Assembly (NCBI GenBank): GCA_044226625.1
Contig: JBGAGQ010000075.1
Coordinates: 1-29,859 of the forward strand
Source: Thermoanaerobaculia bacterium
GTDB lineage: Bacteria; Acidobacteriota; Thermoanaerobaculia; Multivoradales; UBA5704
Direction of reading: 5' to 3'
Length of the DNA: 29,859 nucleotides
A program made the translations under genes and the position numbers. The notes beneath the pieces are model-generated. The model was not told the DNA's origin and searched no databases. It was given only the letters and a program-made list of their open reading frames with translations. Shown one piece after another: positions 1-11,800 of this stretch (position 1 is its first letter; each line of letters begins with the position of its first letter).

Positions 1-519
1 GATCTCCGTCGGGGGAGGTTCGAAATTTCCGCCGATCGGGACTTTCCCGCCGTGATTCGGGCCTGCGCGGCCAAGAACCGGCCCGGCCAGGGGGGAACCT
101 GGATCAACCGCGAGATGATCGCCGGCTACGTCGAGCTCCACCGTCGAGGGCTCGCCCATTCGATCGAGGCGCGACGGGGAGGGACCCTCGTGGGAGGCCT
201 GTACGGCGTCTCGCTCGGCGGCGTCTTCTTCGGCGAGTCGATGTTCGCGGATGAAACTGGGGCGTCGAAGGTCTGCTTCGCGACCCTTTTGGGGAACCTG
301 GCCCATTGGGGTTTCCCGCTGGTCGACTGTCAGCAGGAGACCCGGCATCTTGCGAGCTTCGGCGCCGAGCCTTGGCCGCGGTCGCGCTTCCTCGCCGCGC
401 TTCGCCGGGCCCTGGCAATGCCGGATCGGCGAGGTCCGTGGAGCTTGGACCTCGGCCCGGCCGAGGCGGCTCAGGTCCTCGCGGCCGAAGATTCGTCCGA
501 AGCTCCGACCGACGCGTAG
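1..519 (+). CDS. aat: Leucyl/phenylalanyl-tRNA--protein transferase (5'-truncated by window edge)
   Basis: Frame open from base 1 (DLRRGRFEISADRDFPAVIRAC...); motifs GTWI, AHSIE, LVGGLYGV, FFGESMF, ASKV, LVDCQ, HLASFGA. Confidence 0.95.
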   Translation, partial: DLRRGRFEISADRDFPAVIRACAAKNRPGQGGTWINREMIAGYVELHRRGLAHSIEARRGGTLVGGLYGVSLGGVFFGESMFADETGASKVCFATLLGNLAHWGFPLVDCQQETRHLASFGAEPWPRSRFLAALRRALAMPDRRGPWSLDLGPAEAAQVLAAEDSSEAPTDA

Positions 520-643
520 ATAGCTCGGTGGAGGGGCGGGGTTCCGTGGCCGGGAATCTCCGGCTCCAATGGCGGCGTTACCACTTATTCAGCCACGAAC
601 GGTTCACCTGAGAAGAAAGAAGATTTGAGAGGATTCTTTCCGA

Positions 644-1240
644 ATGAGCTCCTTCGGCTTTCCCCTGGTTTATATGGCCACGCTCTGGCTCGCCGCGGCG
701 CCGCTCCACGGCCGACCGGGAGACGGCCCCCCGCCGGAAGGCTTCTCCCGGCCGCGGACCGCCCTCGGCCTGTCGCTCGATCCCGAGAGCGTGGGCTTGA
801 GCCTGGGCGGAGCCGATGTCTTTGATGACGGCGACCGGGGCGAGGCCTCCTGGGAGGTTCAGTTTCCCAGCCGCCGCCTTCCGCTCTGGCCGCGCCGTTG
901 GCCGGCGCCGCACCCGATCGGGGGGGTGCTCGCGACGACGGACGGATCGATCTACCCCTACCTGGGATTGGGGGTTCGGTTCCCGCTCTCCCCCCGTTTT
1001 TGGTTCACTCCGTCGGTCGCCGCGGGCGCTTACCTCGAGGGGCATCGCGTCGATCTCGGCGCTCCGATCGAGTTTCGATCGCGAGCGGAGATCGTCTACC
1101 AGATCTCGCCTCGCGCACGGCTCGGCCTGGCGTTCAGCCACCTGTCGAATGGCGGAATCCGCCGACGCAACCCGGGGACCGAGACGCTCTCGTTCACCTT
1201 CTACTCGAGCCTCAAGAGGAAGGGGTGGGGCGTCGAATAG
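644..1240 (+). CDS. Acyloxyacyl hydrolase / PagL-like lipid A 3-O-deacylase (outer-membrane beta-barrel)
   Basis: Hydrophobic N-terminus, amphipathic strands, DLGAPIEFRS and catalytic FSHLSNGGI..NPG.E motif of the PagL family. Confidence 0.85.
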   Translation: MSSFGFPLVYMATLWLAAAPLHGRPGDGPPPEGFSRPRTALGLSLDPESVGLSLGGADVFDDGDRGEASWEVQFPSRRLPLWPRRWPAPHPIGGVLATTDGSIYPYLGLGVRFPLSPRFWFTPSVAAGAYLEGHRVDLGAPIEFRSRAEIVYQISPRARLGLAFSHLSNGGIRRRNPGTETLSFTFYSSLKRKGWGVE

Positions 1241-1282
1241 GCGCGAGAAGGGCGTGGTATCCTCTCGGGTCGGAGAGCCCCC

Positions 1283-1534
1283 ATGGCCGTCGATCCCGAT
1301 CTGCTCGAAATCCTGGTCTGTCCCAAGACGAAGGGCCCCTTGCAAAAGGTCGAGCTGCCCGCCGCCGTCCGCGCCCAGATCGCCGAGAAGTACCGCGAGC
1401 ATTTCCGCGACGAGGAGCCGGTCGTCACCGAGGGGCTGTTCGCCCCAGATTCCGGCTTGGTCTATCCGATCGTCTCGGACATCCCGATCATGTTGATCGA
1501 AGAGGCGCTCCCCGCCTCGGTTCTGGGGCGCTGA
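1283..1534 (+). CDS. Trm112/YcaR family protein
   Basis: LLEILVCPKTKGPL ... YPIVSDIPIMLIEEA pattern with an internal insertion. Confidence 0.9.
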   Translation: MAVDPDLLEILVCPKTKGPLQKVELPAAVRAQIAEKYREHFRDEEPVVTEGLFAPDSGLVYPIVSDIPIMLIEEALPASVLGR

Positions 1535-2883
1535 GCCACCCCACCGCCTCGCCCGAAGCAAGCCGACGCGGCCGGTTCGGCCGGTGGCTCGACCCGCGCG
1601 CGCCCGGTTTCGCCTCCCCTCTTCCCCGGGTCCTGTTCGCCGCGCACCTGTTGCTCGCCTGGAGCATCGCGGTGTCGAACGTCTTCCTGGGCGCCGCCGT
1701 GCTCGCCCTCTGGTTTCCCTTCGGTCGGGAAGGGCGCTCTCCCCTCGCGCATTGGCGAGCGACCGCCCGATCGATCCGGGAGGCGGGCGCACCGTTGCTC
1801 GCCGCGCTCGGCGCCTACATCCTCTGGCTCCTCGCCCCGACCGTCGCGTCCTACGATCCGCGCACCAGCTTGAACGGCATGGGCGAGCTGTTCAACGTCC
1901 TGGTCGTGCCGATCGCCCTCGCCGTCGTGGTCGGCGAGCGCCAGGTGCGCCGACTGGTCGATCTCCTGGTCGGCGTCGGCGCGATCCTCGCCTGCGCCGG
2001 CCTCGCGCAGTACCTGATGGGCTACGGCGATCTCGACCGGCGCATCCGCGGTCCCTTCTCGCACTACATGACGTTTTCCGGCTTTCTGCTCCTGTGCGAC
2101 CTGCTGCTGATCGCGGCGCTGGTGTTCGGGCCGGAACGGAGGGAGTCCGAAGCGGACGGCCCGAAGCGGCTGGCGTTCCTGGCCGGCCGGCCGTGGCGGC
2201 TCTTCGCCCTGGCTGCGATCAACGCGGGGCTCCTCGGCAGCTATACGCGGAACGCCTGGGTGGCCCTCGCGGTCGCCGTGACCGCGCTGCTCTTGATCCG
2301 GGCGCCCCGGCTGCTTCTCGCCTACATGCCGGCCGCCCTGCTCTTCGTCTGGCTCGCGCCGACGCCGATCCTGACCCGCGCCCTGTCGATCGCCGACCTG
2401 TCCGACTCCTCGAATTACGACCGGCTCTGCATGCTGGTCGCCGGCGGCCGGATGGTCGCGGAGCGGCCGGTGTTCGGTATCGGACCCGAAATGGCCGAGC
2501 GTCGTTACGCGCTCTACCGCGTGCCGACCGCGCCGCGCTACCAGGTGCCGCACCTCCACGACAACCTGATCCAGATCGCCGCGGAGCGCGGGCTGCCGGC
2601 GCTCGCCGCCTATCTCTGGCTGATGGGGGCCGCGGCGTGGCGCGCGTTTCGTGGTCTGCGCGAGGAGGGGGGGCGGCGCGGCCCGCGGGCCGACCTCTGG
2701 CTCGGCGTGCTGCTCGCGCTGCTGGCCTTCAACGTCGCCGGGCTGTTCGAGAACAACTGGGGCGATACGGAGGTCCAGCGCCCCGTCCTCTTCCTGCTCG
2801 CCTTGCCGTTCTGTCTGGCGCGCCGGCAGGAGAGCCAGCCGGCCGGCGCTGGGTTATATTCGGCAAGCCCGGAAGTGCCTTAA
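1531..2883 (+). CDS. O-antigen ligase family (Wzy_C) membrane protein
   Basis: Multiple TM segments; [41 protein letters not shown] motifs. The start is inferred as CTG overlapping the upstream stop (CTGA); the ORF-track start at 898 overlaps two real genes. Confidence 0.85.
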   Translation: MSHPTASPEASRRGRFGRWLDPRAPGFASPLPRVLFAAHLLLAWSIAVSNVFLGAAVLALWFPFGREGRSPLAHWRATARSIREAGAPLLAALGAYILWLLAPTVASYDPRTSLNGMGELFNVLVVPIALAVVVGERQVRRLVDLLVGVGAILACAGLAQYLMGYGDLDRRIRGPFSHYMTFSGFLLLCDLLLIAALVFGPERRESEADGPKRLAFLAGRPWRLFALAAINAGLLGSYTRNAWVALAVAVTALLLIRAPRLLLAYMPAALLFVWLAPTPILTRALSIADLSDSSNYDRLCMLVAGGRMVAERPVFGIGPEMAERRYALYRVPTAPRYQVPHLHDNLIQIAAERGLPALAAYLWLMGAAAWRAFRGLREEGGRRGPRADLWLGVLLALLAFNVAGLFENNWGDTEVQRPVLFLLALPFCLARRQESQPAGAGLYSASPEVP

Positions 2884-2902
2884 CCCACGGGTTTTGCCGC
2901 TC

Positions 2903-3763
2903 ATGACGACGGTTTCCCCCAGCCACCGCCGCCCTGCCGAGATCGACGCCGCCCCGCAGCGGTCGGAAGCGCGGCTCGGGAAATCCGGGACCTGCCGATT
3001 GGACCAGCTGCTCGCCGACCGCGGCCTGTTCGCCAGCCGCGAGCAGGCACGCCGGGCGGTGATGGCGGGCGCGGTCGAGGTCGCCGGGCGGAAGGTCGAC
3101 AAGCCGGGGACGGCGGTCGCGCAAGACGTCGAGCTCTCGGTCCTCGCGGGAGAGCCGTTCGTCTCGCGCGCCGGCCGCAAGCTCGCGGGAGCCCTCGACG
3201 ATTTCGCGCTCGATCCGGCGGGATGGACCTGCCTGGACGTCGGCGCATCGACGGGCGGCTTCACCGACTGCCTGCTCCAGCGCGGAGCCTCCCGGGTCTA
3301 CGCGATCGACGTGGGATACGGCCAGTTGGACGAGCGCTTGCGCCGCGACCCCCGGGTCGTGGTGATGGAGCGCGTCAACGCGCGCAACCTCGCGCCGGAC
3401 GCCCTGCCGGAGCGGGCTCACCTCGCGGTCTTCGACGTCTCGTTCATCTCGCTCGCCAAGGTCGTGCCCGCGGTCCTGCCGCACCTCCTGCCTGGGGCGC
3501 GCTTGCTCGCGTTGATCAAGCCGCAGTTCGAGGCCGGCCGCGGGGCGGTGGGCAAAGGGGGCATCCTGCGCGACGAATCGGTGCGCCGGGCCGCGATCGA
3601 CCGATGCGTCGCCGCCCTCGCCGAGCTTGGGCTCGAACCGCTGGGGCAGGTCGAATCCCGCGTAGCCGGGACCGGGGGAAACCGCGAGGCGTTCGGCCTC
3701 TTCGCCGTTCCGGGAGGTCCCGCCGAACGCCGCGAGACCGAGCGGGCCGAGGAGCGGCGGTGA
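2903..3763 (+). CDS. tlyA: TlyA family rRNA 2'-O-methyltransferase (S4 + FtsJ domains)
   Basis: [60 protein letters not shown]; directly upstream of NAD kinase. Start approximate. Confidence 0.95.
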   Translation: MTTVSPSHRRPAEIDAAPQRSEARLGKSGTCRLDQLLADRGLFASREQARRAVMAGAVEVAGRKVDKPGTAVAQDVELSVLAGEPFVSRAGRKLAGALDDFALDPAGWTCLDVGASTGGFTDCLLQRGASRVYAIDVGYGQLDERLRRDPRVVVMERVNARNLAPDALPERAHLAVFDVSFISLAKVVPAVLPHLLPGARLLALIKPQFEAGRGAVGKGGILRDESVRRAAIDRCVAALAELGLEPLGQVESRVAGTGGNREAFGLFAVPGGPAERRETERAEERR

Positions 3764-4701
3764 GGCGAGAGCGGATCCGCTCGGTCGGCATCGTCACCAA
3801 GGAGGGGAGCCGTGAGGCGACGGAGCTCGCCTACGAGCTCGCCGAATGGCTTCGCCGCCGCGGCATCGACGCCTTGTATGGGAACTCGTTCGATCCGGCG
3901 AACCCGGGCGATCTCGTGGTCGCCCTGGGCGGCGACGGCACCCTCCTCTCGGTCGCCCGCGGGCTCGACGCGGAGGTCCCGGTCTTCGGGGTGAACCTCG
4001 GAACCCTCGGTTTCCTCACGGAGATCCAGCGCGCGGAGCTCTATCCCTCCCTGGTGGAGGTGCTCGACGGCGAGTGGGAGGCCGAGCCGCGCGCCCTCTT
4101 CGACGTCGAGATCTTCCGGCGCGGCGAGGGGGAACCGGAGCATCGCTTCCGCGCGCTCAACGACGCCGTGATCACCAAGAGCGCCCGCGCCCGCATCATC
4201 GAGCTGACCTTACGGGTCGACGCCCAGGTGGTGGCCAACTTCCGATCCGACGGGTTGATCATCTCCACCCCGACCGGCTCGACCGCCTACAACCTGTCGG
4301 CCGGCGGCCCGATCCTCGACCCCCGCCTGGGCGTCGCCGTCCTCACGCCGATCTGCCCGCACGCCCTGTCGTTGCGCCCGATCGTGGTTCCCGACTCGAC
4401 GCGGATCGAGGTGACCCTCGAAAGCGACCGAGGCGACAAGGTCTACGTCACGCTGGACGGCAACGAGGGGGCGTCGCTCGGCCCGGGCGACTTCGTTCGG
4501 GCGACGCGCAGCGCCCGGTCGATCCACCTGGTCAAGGTGAGCGGCCGCAGCTTCTACGACAGCCTGCGCGCCAAGCTCCGCTGGGGCGGTCTCGCGCTCT
4601 CGGAAGGCGGCGGTGAAACGCCGAGCGCCCCCATTCGTGAGGCAGCCCGCGAGGCGCGCCGCGCGGGCTCCGGCGGGGCACCGGAAGGTTCTTCGGGGTG
4701 A
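3760..4701 (+). CDS. nadK: NAD(+) kinase
   Basis: [48 protein letters not shown]; GTG start overlaps the tlyA stop (GTGA). Confidence 0.96.
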   Translation: MRRERIRSVGIVTKEGSREATELAYELAEWLRRRGIDALYGNSFDPANPGDLVVALGGDGTLLSVARGLDAEVPVFGVNLGTLGFLTEIQRAELYPSLVEVLDGEWEAEPRALFDVEIFRRGEGEPEHRFRALNDAVITKSARARIIELTLRVDAQVVANFRSDGLIISTPTGSTAYNLSAGGPILDPRLGVAVLTPICPHALSLRPIVVPDSTRIEVTLESDRGDKVYVTLDGNEGASLGPGDFVRATRSARSIHLVKVSGRSFYDSLRAKLRWGGLALSEGGGETPSAPIREAAREARRAGSGGAPEGSSG

Positions 4702-7700
4702 GCGCCGTCGAGGATCGATCCCTTCCGGCTTCGGGCGGCGGGGACGAGGTCCCCCCCTCTCCCAAGCCGGCCCAAAAACGGCCGAAACCGACCCGCCCCG
4801 GCCGCCTGCGGCGGTTCGTGCTCCGGCCGCTGATCTGGGGCAGCGCGCTGTTCCTCTTCCTCCTCGCCGGTGTGCTCCAATTCAGCGAGAGCTCGTTCGC
4901 CCGCTCGCGCCTCGCGGCGCTGGTCAAAGCGCGCCTGTCCGAGGCGCTGGGGCGCCCGGTCCGCCTGGGCGAGGCGCGGCTCGGTCTCCTGCCGCTCGAG
5001 CTCACGCTCCGCGACCTGGTGATTCCCGGCCCGCGCCCGAAGGATTCTCCGTTCGCCGAGGTACCTCGGCTTCGGGTGCAGATCTCTTGGCGGGCGCTGC
5101 GCCAGAGGGTGCTCGACCTCGAGCAGATCGAGGCGGAGCGGCCGATCGTCCGCCTCGTCTTCAACCCGGACGGGTCGACCAACCTGCCTAGCTTCGGCGG
5201 CGGAGCGTCCGGAGGGGGCCGATCCCGATTTCGCCTCTCGATCGACCGAGTGCTGGTCGAGCGGGGAACCCTCGTCCTCGACGAGCGGTCGGTTCCCTTC
5301 TCCTTCGACGCGCGTGGCGTCTGGGGACGCCTTTCCGGACCCGACCCCGACCGCCTGGCGGCGCTCGCCACGGTGCAGGAGCTCGAGCTGCGGCTCCCCG
5401 ACGCCCGCCCGTACCTCCTGGCGGCCTCGGTCAAGGGAGTCCTCGAGCCCTCGCAGGTGACGATCTCCAGCTATCGGCTGGCCGGTCCGGACCTATTGGC
5501 GCGGGGCGCCGGGAGCTACGTCTGGAAAGGCCGGAAGGACGCGCTCGATCTCGGGGTCGAAGGGGAGGGCGACGCGGCGTTGGTGGGACGACTCGGTTAT
5601 CTCGCCGAGCCGCTGTCCGGTCGCTTCACCTTCGCCGGCAAGGTAGGGACCGGAGAGGTCGTCGGCAAGGCCTGGGGCTTCGACGTAGCGGTCCAGGCGC
5701 CGCGGGTCCTCTACGGGACGGGCAAGGCCGCGGGCCAGCCGCGCGAGATCCAGAACGCGACCCTGCGCGCCACGGGTGGACCGAAGAGCGTCGACGTCGC
5801 GATCGAGCAGGCGTCCTACGCCGGAGGGAAGGTCGCCGGCCGGGTCGAGGTCGATCTCACCACGCGAGGGGCGAATAAACCGGTGGCGATCGACCTCGAT
5901 TTCGACCAGCTCGACGTCGCGCGCTTCCTCGCCGCCGAGGGACTCGACCTCGCGATCGCGAGCCGCGGCACCGGATCCTTCGCCTACCGCGCGCGGGCCA
6001 ACGAGCTGCTCGCCGGCAGCGGGGAGATCGGGGTACGGCTCGCCGCCGTGCCGCAGGGGGGGCCGCGCGGCCCGCTTCCGGTCGCCGGCGACCTTCCGCT
6101 CGCGATCGAACGGGGGATTCTGTCGTCGCCTGGATTCCAGCTCACCGCGCCGTCGGTCGCCGCGACCGGGACGGCGAGCTACGACCTCGAGCGATCGACC
6201 GGAAAGGTCTCGGCGCGGCTGTCGACCGCTGATCTCGCCGCGGCGGCGCGCCTCATTCCTCCTACCGCCGAGACCCCCGAGGTCTGGCGTCCGACCGCGG
6301 GGCGTGGCGACGCGCGGCTCGAGCTCGAGCTCGCCGGCGGGCGGACCCGAGCGGCGGTCGCGTTCGACCTCGCCCAGGTGGCCGCGCCGGCGCTCGAGGC
6401 CGACACGCTTTCGGGGGCCTTGACCTGGGCGGCGGATGGGAACGGCGCGAACGCGCGGATCGAGAACCTCGCCGCAGAGGCTCGACGGGGCGGCGCGCGC
6501 CTCGCCGCGAGCGGGACGATCCCTCTCGGCTCCGCGGCGAGCGGTACCCCCCTCGCCCTCGCCGTCGAGGCCGAGTCGTGGCCTGCCGCGGAGCTCGCGC
6601 GGCTCGGCCCGGAGCTCGGAGCCCCGACTCTGCCGAAGCTCGAAGGGCGGGTGAGCGGTCGCCTCAATCTGGGTGGGAGCTTCGCCGCGCCGACCGGTCG
6701 GACCGATCTCGCGATCGCCGACCTCGCCGTAGCCGGTCGTCCCATCGGCCGGGCGGAGGCCGGCGTGGCCTTCGGGGTCGAGGCGATCGAGATCGAGCGG
6801 CTGCTCCTCACCACCCCGGCGGGAGAGCTGACGGGCGGCGGCCGGATCGACCGCCGATCCGAGGCGATCCAACTGGCTGCCGCCGCCCGTTCGCTCGACC
6901 TCGCCGCCGAGCCGTTCGCGAGCCTGCTCGGCGACACCGGACTCGCCGGCCGCGGCTCGGTGAACGCCTCGGTCACGGGCACGCTCGCCTATCCGGAAGC
7001 CGTGCTCACCACCCGGGCCGAATCGCTCACGCTGGACGGCAAGCCGCTCGCCAGGGGAGGCTCGAGCGAGCTCGTGGCCCACTGGGACGGCGAGACCGTC
7101 GAGGCTCACGGCTCCCTGCTCGGCCTCGCGACGTTCGCGGGGGGAGGGCGGCTCGACACCCGGGGCGCCGACGTCGATCTCTCGATCGAGAGCGCAAACT
7201 TGAAGGCCGTGGCCGAGATCGCGGGAGACGACGCCGCGCTTCCCGCGATCTCGGGCAGCGCCTCGGGGCGCTTGCGCCTCGGCGCCGATTTCGCCTCGGG
7301 CGCGATGCGCGCCGAGGTCGACCTGCCGAAGCTCGACGCGCAGATCGCGGGCCACCGGGTCAAAAACCTCGAGCCGATCGTCGCGCGCTTCGACGGGCAG
7401 CGCGTGGAGATCGCGTCGCTCTACCTGGGCGAGGCGGCGTCCGGCAGCGATCTGTTCGCCGCGGGGACGATCGGTTTGACCGCGGATCGGCCGCTCGACC
7501 TCAAACTGCAGAGCACGCTCGCGGCCGATTGGCTCGCGCTGTTTTCCCCCGGCCTCGACCTCACAGGTTACGTCGACGCGATCGCCACGGTCCGCGGCAC
7601 GCTCGACCGCCCGGCGATCCGCGGTGAGGGCGAGATCCGCGACGCACGGCTGATCCTTCAGGCGCAGGGGATCGGCCTCGAGCAGATGGCGGGCACGATC

Positions 7701-8801
7701 CTGTTCAACCGCGACCAGATCGTCCTCGACAATCTGCGCGCGCAGGTGGGCGCGGGCACTCTCCGCGCCTCGGGCCGGGTCTCCGTTCCGGCGGCGGGCT
7801 CGGAGCTCTCCTACTCCTTTCAAGGGGTGGCGAACCGCATCTCCCTCCGCTTTCCCGAAGGGTTCCTCTCGCGCGGCGACGCGCAGTTTTCGGTCGCTTC
7901 GACCCGGGAAGGGCGCCAGGTCTCGGGCGAGATCCGGCTAGACCGCGCCTTTTATCTCGACGACGTCGCGGTGGGCACGCTCGACCTGCTCGCGAGCGCT
8001 TTTCGCCGCAGTCGCCTGGAGGTCGAAGAGGCCGATCCGCTGCTCGCCTCGACCGCGCTCAATCTGCGGGTGGTGGGCCCCGGCGCCCTGCGAGTCCGCA
8101 ACAACGTGGCCGACCTGCGCGGCGACGTCGACCTGTCGATCCGGGGCAACGCGGCGCGCCCCGTGGTCTTCGGCGCGGTCGAGATCGCGGAGGGAGGAAA
8201 GCTCGTCTACGCCGACAACGAATACCGGGTCGAGCGCGGCCGCGTGACCTTCGACAATCCGAACCGGATCGACCCGGTGATCGACCTCACCGCGAAGACC
8301 GAGGTGCGCAGCTACGAGATCGCGCTCGACCTGTCCGGAACCGTCGATCGCCTGACCGCGCATTTCCGAAGCGAGGACGGGCTCGCCGACCTGGACATCC
8401 TCTCGCTGCTCGCGACCGGCCGTGAGATCGATCCGGGCTCGCGCGAGATCGGCCTGAGCGCCGAGACCAACACGGCCACTCCGGGGCAGAGCTTCGCCGC
8501 CGAATTTCTCGCTTCTCAGGCCGCGTCGGCCGTTTCTAAACGGGTGCGGAACCTGTTCGGATTCGACCGTTTCCGCATCGATCCGCTCGCTGGCGGCAGC
8601 GGGTCGATCTCGAACGTGCAGCTGACGGTCGGCAAGCGCCTGTCGAAGAAGCTGTTCGTCACCTACACCACGACCCCGTCGGCCTCCGAGACGACCGTGC
8701 TCCAGGCCGAATGGCAGGTCGGCCAGAACGTGGTCGTCCTGTTTACCAGCAACGGCAGCGACCGTTACTCGGTGGACGTCCAATGGGAGAAACGGCGTTG
8801 A
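4698..8801 (+). CDS. tamB: Translocation/assembly module TamB (AsmA-like) protein
   Basis: 1367 aa; N-terminal TM anchor, beta-rich repeats, C-terminal DUF490-like region (FDNPNRIDP.IDL.A, LTVGKRLS..LFVTY); next to an Omp85 gene. Confidence 0.88.
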   Translation: MSAVEDRSLPASGGGDEVPPSPKPAQKRPKPTRPGRLRRFVLRPLIWGSALFLFLLAGVLQFSESSFARSRLAALVKARLSEALGRPVRLGEARLGLLPLELTLRDLVIPGPRPKDSPFAEVPRLRVQISWRALRQRVLDLEQIEAERPIVRLVFNPDGSTNLPSFGGGASGGGRSRFRLSIDRVLVERGTLVLDERSVPFSFDARGVWGRLSGPDPDRLAALATVQELELRLPDARPYLLAASVKGVLEPSQVTISSYRLAGPDLLARGAGSYVWKGRKDALDLGVEGEGDAALVGRLGYLAEPLSGRFTFAGKVGTGEVVGKAWGFDVAVQAPRVLYGTGKAAGQPREIQNATLRATGGPKSVDVAIEQASYAGGKVAGRVEVDLTTRGANKPVAIDLDFDQLDVARFLAAEGLDLAIASRGTGSFAYRARANELLAGSGEIGVRLAAVPQGGPRGPLPVAGDLPLAIERGILSSPGFQLTAPSVAATGTASYDLERSTGKVSARLSTADLAAAARLIPPTAETPEVWRPTAGRGDARLELELAGGRTRAAVAFDLAQVAAPALEADTLSGALTWAADGNGANARIENLAAEARRGGARLAASGTIPLGSAASGTPLALAVEAESWPAAELARLGPELGAPTLPKLEGRVSGRLNLGGSFAAPTGRTDLAIADLAVAGRPIGRAEAGVAFGVEAIEIERLLLTTPAGELTGGGRIDRRSEAIQLAAAARSLDLAAEPFASLLGDTGLAGRGSVNASVTGTLAYPEAVLTTRAESLTLDGKPLARGGSSELVAHWDGETVEAHGSLLGLATFAGGGRLDTRGADVDLSIESANLKAVAEIAGDDAALPAISGSASGRLRLGADFASGAMRAEVDLPKLDAQIAGHRVKNLEPIVARFDGQRVEIASLYLGEAASGSDLFAAGTIGLTADRPLDLKLQSTLAADWLALFSPGLDLTGYVDAIATVRGTLDRPAIRGEGEIRDARLILQAQGIGLEQMAGTILFNRDQIVLDNLRAQVGAGTLRASGRVSVPAAGSELSYSFQGVANRISLRFPEGFLSRGDAQFSVASTREGRQVSGEIRLDRAFYLDDVAVGTLDLLASAFRRSRLEVEEADPLLASTALNLRVVGPGALRVRNNVADLRGDVDLSIRGNAARPVVFGAVEIAEGGKLVYADNEYRVERGRVTFDNPNRIDPVIDLTAKTEVRSYEIALDLSGTVDRLTAHFRSEDGLADLDILSLLATGREIDPGSREIGLSAETNTATPGQSFAAEFLASQAASAVSKRVRNLFGFDRFRIDPLAGGSGSISNVQLTVGKRLSKKLFVTYTTTPSASETTVLQAEWQVGQNVVVLFTSNGSDRYSVDVQWEKRR

Positions 8802-11800
8802 GCGGCTCGCGCACGCGCCGCGTGGGACTCGCCGGGAGCCTGCCGATCCTTGCGGTCGGGGCATGCCTCGCACTGCTCTTAAGCGGATTGTCGGGCGTTG
8901 CCCAGGCGCAGCCCGCACCACGCGTGGAAGAGGTGTCTGCGGCGCGGACCGCCGCCGCGGGGTCGGGCACCTCTGCCGCACCGGAGACTCCGGAGCTGCC
9001 GGCGGCCACCGGGCCGATCGTCCGCGCGATCGAGATCCGGAGCGAGACCCCCCTCGAGCGTCCCGAGGAGATCGAGGCGCTGCTCGCGACCGAGGTCGGC
9101 CAGCCGCTGTCGGACCTCGCGATCCGCCGCACCCTCGCCAATCTCCAGGCGAGCGGCGCGATCGCCCACGCGGCCATCTATTCGCGCCCGGCCAACAGAT
9201 CCCGAGGCGGTGATGGAAACGCCGCGGGCGGCGACCCGAGCATCCCGGAGGGCGAAGGGGTCGTAGCGATCGTCGCCCTCTGGCAGAGCGTGCGGGTCGA
9301 GTCGGTGCGCCTGGAAGGCAAGCTCGGCTTGAAGGCGGCCGACCTCCGGGGCCAGGTGGTTCAGCGCGAGGCCGAGCCGCTCTCCGAAGGTGCGGTCGTT
9401 CGCGGCGTCTACCGGTTGGAGGATTACCTGGTCGGCCAGGGCTTTCGAACCCCGAGCGTCCGCGTCCGCGTGGCGCTGCCGAACGCCGGGACGGCGAACG
9501 TCGTCTATCAGATCGACGCCGGCCCTCGGACGGAGGTGTCCACGGTCGATTTCGACGGCCCCCTGGGACCGTGGAAAGGGGACGACCTGCGCGCCCAGCT
9601 GCGCACCCGCGCGGGCGAGCCCTACCGCCCGTCGAGCTTGGACGACGACGTGGAGCGGCTGCAGCGGTATCTCGCCCGCGGACGGTACGGCCGTGCGCGA
9701 CTGGGGACGCCCAGGGTGGAGGACCTTCCAGCGAAGGCCGCTTCCCCCGCCGTGGGCACGAAGGTGACCGCCAGCGAGAGCGGAAAAGAACGCGGAAAGC
9801 CGAAGGAGGACGACGGGCCGCCCGCCCCGGAAGTCCGCGTCGTCTTTCCTCTCGACGTCGGGCCAAAAATCGAGGTCGAGGTGGCCGGCGGGGATCTCAC
9901 GAAGCTCAAGAACAAAGGGCTCCTCCCGTTTCTCGGCGAGACCGGCTATGACGAGGCTCTGGTCCTCACCTCGGTCGCCAAGATCAAAGACGAGTACCAG
10001 CGGCAGGGGCATTACCACGTCAAGGTCGAGCACGACGAAAAGCTCGAGGGCGACCGCTACGTGTTGCGCCTCACGATCGAGCCGGGCCCCGTCTATACGT
10101 TGCGCGACGTCCGGTTCACGGGGAATGCCGCGTTTCCCGCCAAGGACCTCGACGAGCTCACGGTCGTTTCGAAGCGCCGGCTGCTCGCGATCGGCAGCGG
10201 CCGTCTGATCGAGTCGGAGCTCGCCCAGGACGTTCGCAACGTGCGCGCCTTTTATCTGCTGCAGGGATTTCCCAACGCCGAGGTCGGCCCGCCGAAGATC
10301 GAGGAGCAGGGTGAAAATCTCTCGGTCGAGATCCCGATCCGCGAGGGGCGTCGCGAGCGCATCGGCGCGGTGACGTACACCGGGTTCGATCCCGAGCACC
10401 TCGAACCCGGACGGCTCTCCCCCCCGCTCAAGCTCGGCGAAGGGGACCCCTACCACCCTCAGATCGTCGAGGCCGCGGTGGAGCGGTTGCGGGGCGAGCT
10501 TTCGGCCGCGGGCTTTTCCGAAGCGCGGGTCTCGGCCGAGGAGATCTGGAACCCCGAGCACGATCGCGTCGACCTCGAGATCTCCGCGCTCGAAGGGCCG
10601 CGCGTCACGGTGGATCGGATCATCGTCCGCGGCAATCGCCACACCGACTCCGAGGTGATCCGCCGCACCCTGGGTTTGAAATCCGGCGACGCCGTGAGCG
10701 ACGCGAAGCTGCTCGAGGTCGAGCGCACGCTCTACAAGCTCAACATCTTCTCGCGGGTCGAGGTCGAGCGCGTCCGCTCGGCGCTCGACGACACGACCCG
10801 AGACGTTCTGGTCCGCGTCCAGGAGGGCAAGCCGATCACTCTGACGTACGGTTTCGGCTACGACTCGGACGACGGCTGGCGCGGACTGCTCGGCTTCAAC
10901 CACTCGAACGTCGGCGGCCAGGCCTATGCGCTACGGAGCGACTTTCGGCTCTCGAGTACCTCCAGCCGATTCCGGCTGCTGTTCGACCAGCCGTACGTCT
11001 TCCATCTCGCCCAGCCGCTCACGACCTCGGTCTTCTACGAGAGGGGTCTCGCCGCGCAGAAGGCGTTCGAGCTCACCCGCTACGGCGCGCGGACAGAGAC
11101 AACCGACGCGGTCGGCAAACACGGTCGATTCGCGCTCGGTCTCGACTACCGCGTGGTCGAGGTCGACAAGCTCGCCGCCGGGGTGGGGCTCTCCGACCTC
11201 GAGCGCGACGCCCAACCGGTGCAGCTCGCGAACCTCTATCCGAGCTTCCTCTATGATCGCCGCGACGACCCGGTCCTGCCGTCCCGCGGCTTCTCGAGCC
11301 TCGCGCAGCTCCAGTATTCGTTCCCCCTGCTCGGTGCGCAGGGAGACTTCCTCAAGGTCTTCCTCCAGCACACCCAGCTTTTCCCTTGGCACGTCGGCAA
11401 GCGAGGACGCGAGCTAGTGGTCGCCGCCTCGGTTCGCGCGGGAGGGATCGAAGCGTTCCGAGAGCTCGCCTCGGCCGATCTCTCGAGCGATCTGGCGAGC
11501 CGGAACATCTTCATCTCCGAGCGGTTCTTCTCGGGCGGCTCGACCACCCACCGCGCCTTCTCGCGCGACGAGCTCGGCATCCCGGGCGAGACCTTGATCC
11601 TGCCCGAAGGGAAGAGCTCCTACGTCCCGATCGGCGGCAACGGGCTGCTGCTCGCCAACCTGGAGCTCCGTTTTCCGCTCGCCGGCGCGCTGGGCGGCGT
11701 GGTCTTTGCCGACAGTGGGAACGTCTGGGCCGACTGGCGCGACATCGATCCGTCAGAGGTGCGCAATGGCGTGGGCGTCGGCCTCCGGTACCTCTCGCCG